Source of the DNA: Tricharina praecox
Lineage: Eukaryota
Direction of reading: 5' to 3'
DNA length: 64,000 nucleotides
Assembly: GCF_024521635.1 (NCBI RefSeq)
Contig: NW_026250416.1
Coordinates: 186,001 to 250,000 of the forward strand
The translations under genes and the position numbers were made by a program. Positions 61,688-64,000 of this stretch are shown here, in pieces. Each line of letters opens with the position of its first letter. The first letter of the stretch is position 1. Under the pieces are notes generated by a model that was not told the origin of the DNA, searched no databases, and saw only the letters and a program-made list of their open reading frames with translations.

Positions 61688-64000
61688 GGTGAAAGGCAAG
61701 AAGTAAAAATTAACTGCGCGTAGGATTAAGTCGACCTGCGACCACTATTGGAATTGTATCGAAGTGCGTAGAGAGTACTCGGGGGGGGGAAGAGAGTCGA
61801 GTGCAGAGGGCTAGCTTCCAGAGTGCAGAAAAGAAGGATGGAGGGATTAATAAAAGAGGCGGAGAAGGTCAAATAAAGGAACAGGTATCAACAGAGGAGG
61901 AAAGATGCGAGAGAAGAAGAGAAAAGAAGAAAAGAAAAGAGCCCGAGGGATGTGTGTGTATGGGTGTGGGTGTGGGGTGAGAGGCGAATATTAGGCGCCG
62001 GCGGGATGGATGTGATGATTTGCGATGGGCACTGTCAGGCTCCAGTGGATTCAACTCGAGGTAAGACAACCAGTCTTGTAGTTATGCGGCAGAGATTGTA
62101 TCAGCGGGGGCGAGCGGCTTGACGAATTTGCGAAGCTTAGTTGATTCTGGCAGCTTACAGGCCTCGAGGCGTGTCTGTCTGATGATCGGAAGCGAGTGTG
62201 TAGTGGTGAATCCTGATACACGGCAATGGGACAGCGATTGCAGGAGGCGGCGGCGAGTTGGGGTATAATAGCAGTCGCGGATTTCAGAAGAGCATCACGG
62301 AGGATAGATCAACGGCGAGACAATGGTCTGGAGACGAGGATTGACAGACGGATCTAGGAAAGCAGGAACGGGGGGTGGTAGAGGGGAAGGGGATGTCGAC
62401 ATGATATTTCTGGAGACAATGGAGGTTTGGGAGTTCCTGGGCCTGCGGCTTGCGTGAAACTGGCGGTGTTGTTGGGGCTGCCAACCTTGGGGCAGGGATA
62501 TGGCACCCAGCAGTGGCCACAGGCTTCGCCCAGCCAAGAGCAGCACTTCTCAGTGATTCCGACTGGCCAGTGGCCAGAGTGGTCACTGGTCACGGCGAGT
62601 CTGCGAGTCCACTGGGGACCACCAAAATAGCCCCACGCAGGCCACTCTTTTTGATTGGGAGCTGGATCCACGCTACCTAAGCGAGGGGGGCTAAAGCTGC
62701 ACTTACGCGCCCGTTGTTTTGGCCATTCGCTTTCCTTTCTTTTTGTGCAGTTAGGCCACCCCCCCGCCATCTGGCTCGATAACCACCGTGGTCCGTATCT
62801 ACACACTCCCTACTCTTTGATGGATCAGTCCCAGGCAACACCCCACGAGGACGGCGCGGCAGTCGTCTAAAATGCGCTCAACGCACGAGAAACCGCGCCA
62901 CGCCGACGGTGGGAACGAGAGCGCTGACGGCACTGTTGCCGCGGAGCGTGGATTGCGGAGTGCAGTGTGCGATAGAGTATGCGCCTTGCACTTCTTTACC
63001 GTGATCCTGTAACTGACGACTCGGGGTAGACTCCCACTCCAAAACGATCTTCCAGACGTCTTCGATGTCACATCCGATACCAAAGTGAACATTCGTCAAA
63101 CTGGATCGGCGTTCCAGCGGCCAGATCCCACGTCGTTGACGGGGGAGCCCGCCGACCCAGCTCTGGTTGACTGGGGGAAGAAGAAAGAGACCGTCATGAA
63201 TCCATGCTTGCATGGTGGGTCTTGGAGTTGCTGCATACGGACAGTGACGACAAGTGGGAAGTTGTTGGAATAAGTTCGTGGAATAAGTTCGTGGGGGTGG
63301 GTTGGGGATTGTTGCCGGCCCCGCTCGACACCGACGGAAACCAACAGGTGAGGGAATATGGAATACACCATACCTATGGGGGTGGTGGATGAAGCTCCCG
63401 ACCTATCGATCGGAAGTCGGTTGCGATAACATACGGTAGGCCGGTACGTAGGTAGGCGGAGTGGGTAGATATCATACCGTACTATTCTGCACGGCCGTCA
63501 GAGACATCGCAGGTTATGCAGTTATGCAGTGGTGTTCGCCACGGGCGCTTGAGTGCATCGGATGCAGGCGAGCTCTCGGCCTTGTGGCTCGGCAGAAGAA
63601 AAAAAAGTCGCCTTTCTTTTCTTCAGAAGACGATCGCGGACAGATGCCTACATACGTTCGGCGAAGGCGAGGGCAGACACCTACCTAGAGCATGCATACC
63701 TACTCTATGAGTAGAGTAGGTCCTTACCTCCTATCACACCTGCTCTGCGCAATGCCCCCTGCACGCACATGTTGGACTGTTCGGCTCCAGCCAGTCCCGA
63801 CTCGCGGAGACCGACCTCGCTCCATCCCCCCGTCGAGTGAACCTCCCTCTCGCTCGCCTTCCCATGTCGACATAGCAAGTCTCGCCATGCACGGCAGAAA
63901 AGAATTTGAAAGCGATGGGGGCCAACCTGAGCATCTGGAGCACTCTACGCCCAAGTGCAGCCCGCATCGAAGCGAACATGGATTCCCGGCGAATCCACCG

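Overview
Eukaryotic, intron-rich DNA from a filamentous ascomycete. Short GT-AG introns with CTAAC/CTGAC branch points and the gene content suggest Pezizomycotina, possibly Pezizomycetes; the taxon is inferred. I reconstructed about 17 spliced protein-coding genes by hand, in order: VAC7, HRP1-like double-RRM protein, GYP1, dynein light chain LC8, MRD1, GLTP/HET-C2, Pof3/Dia2-like F-box protein, YKT6, CUE2-like Smr protein, THG1, an SP-RING/MIZ protein, BOI/Pob1, an Uls1-like SNF2-RING helicase, TFB6, an orphan with internal tandem repeats, a secreted HSL-family esterase, Ran and NoxA. I saw no tRNA, rRNA, CRISPR array or intact transposon. Unexplained or unusual structure: an intronic box C/D snoRNA (snR64-like, with a second rRNA-complementary element) in MRD1; an MRD1 start codon split by an intron; two GC-AG introns and a 10-nt microexon in GYP1; an 803-nt candidate autoregulatory intron in HRP1; a ~50-bp inverted repeat upstream of the repeat-containing orphan; a bacterial-looking esterase; a cryptic multi-exon orphan near the left end; and a stop-interrupted ORF. 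Exon boundaries were read by eye, family calls come from recalled motifs, and no searches were run.
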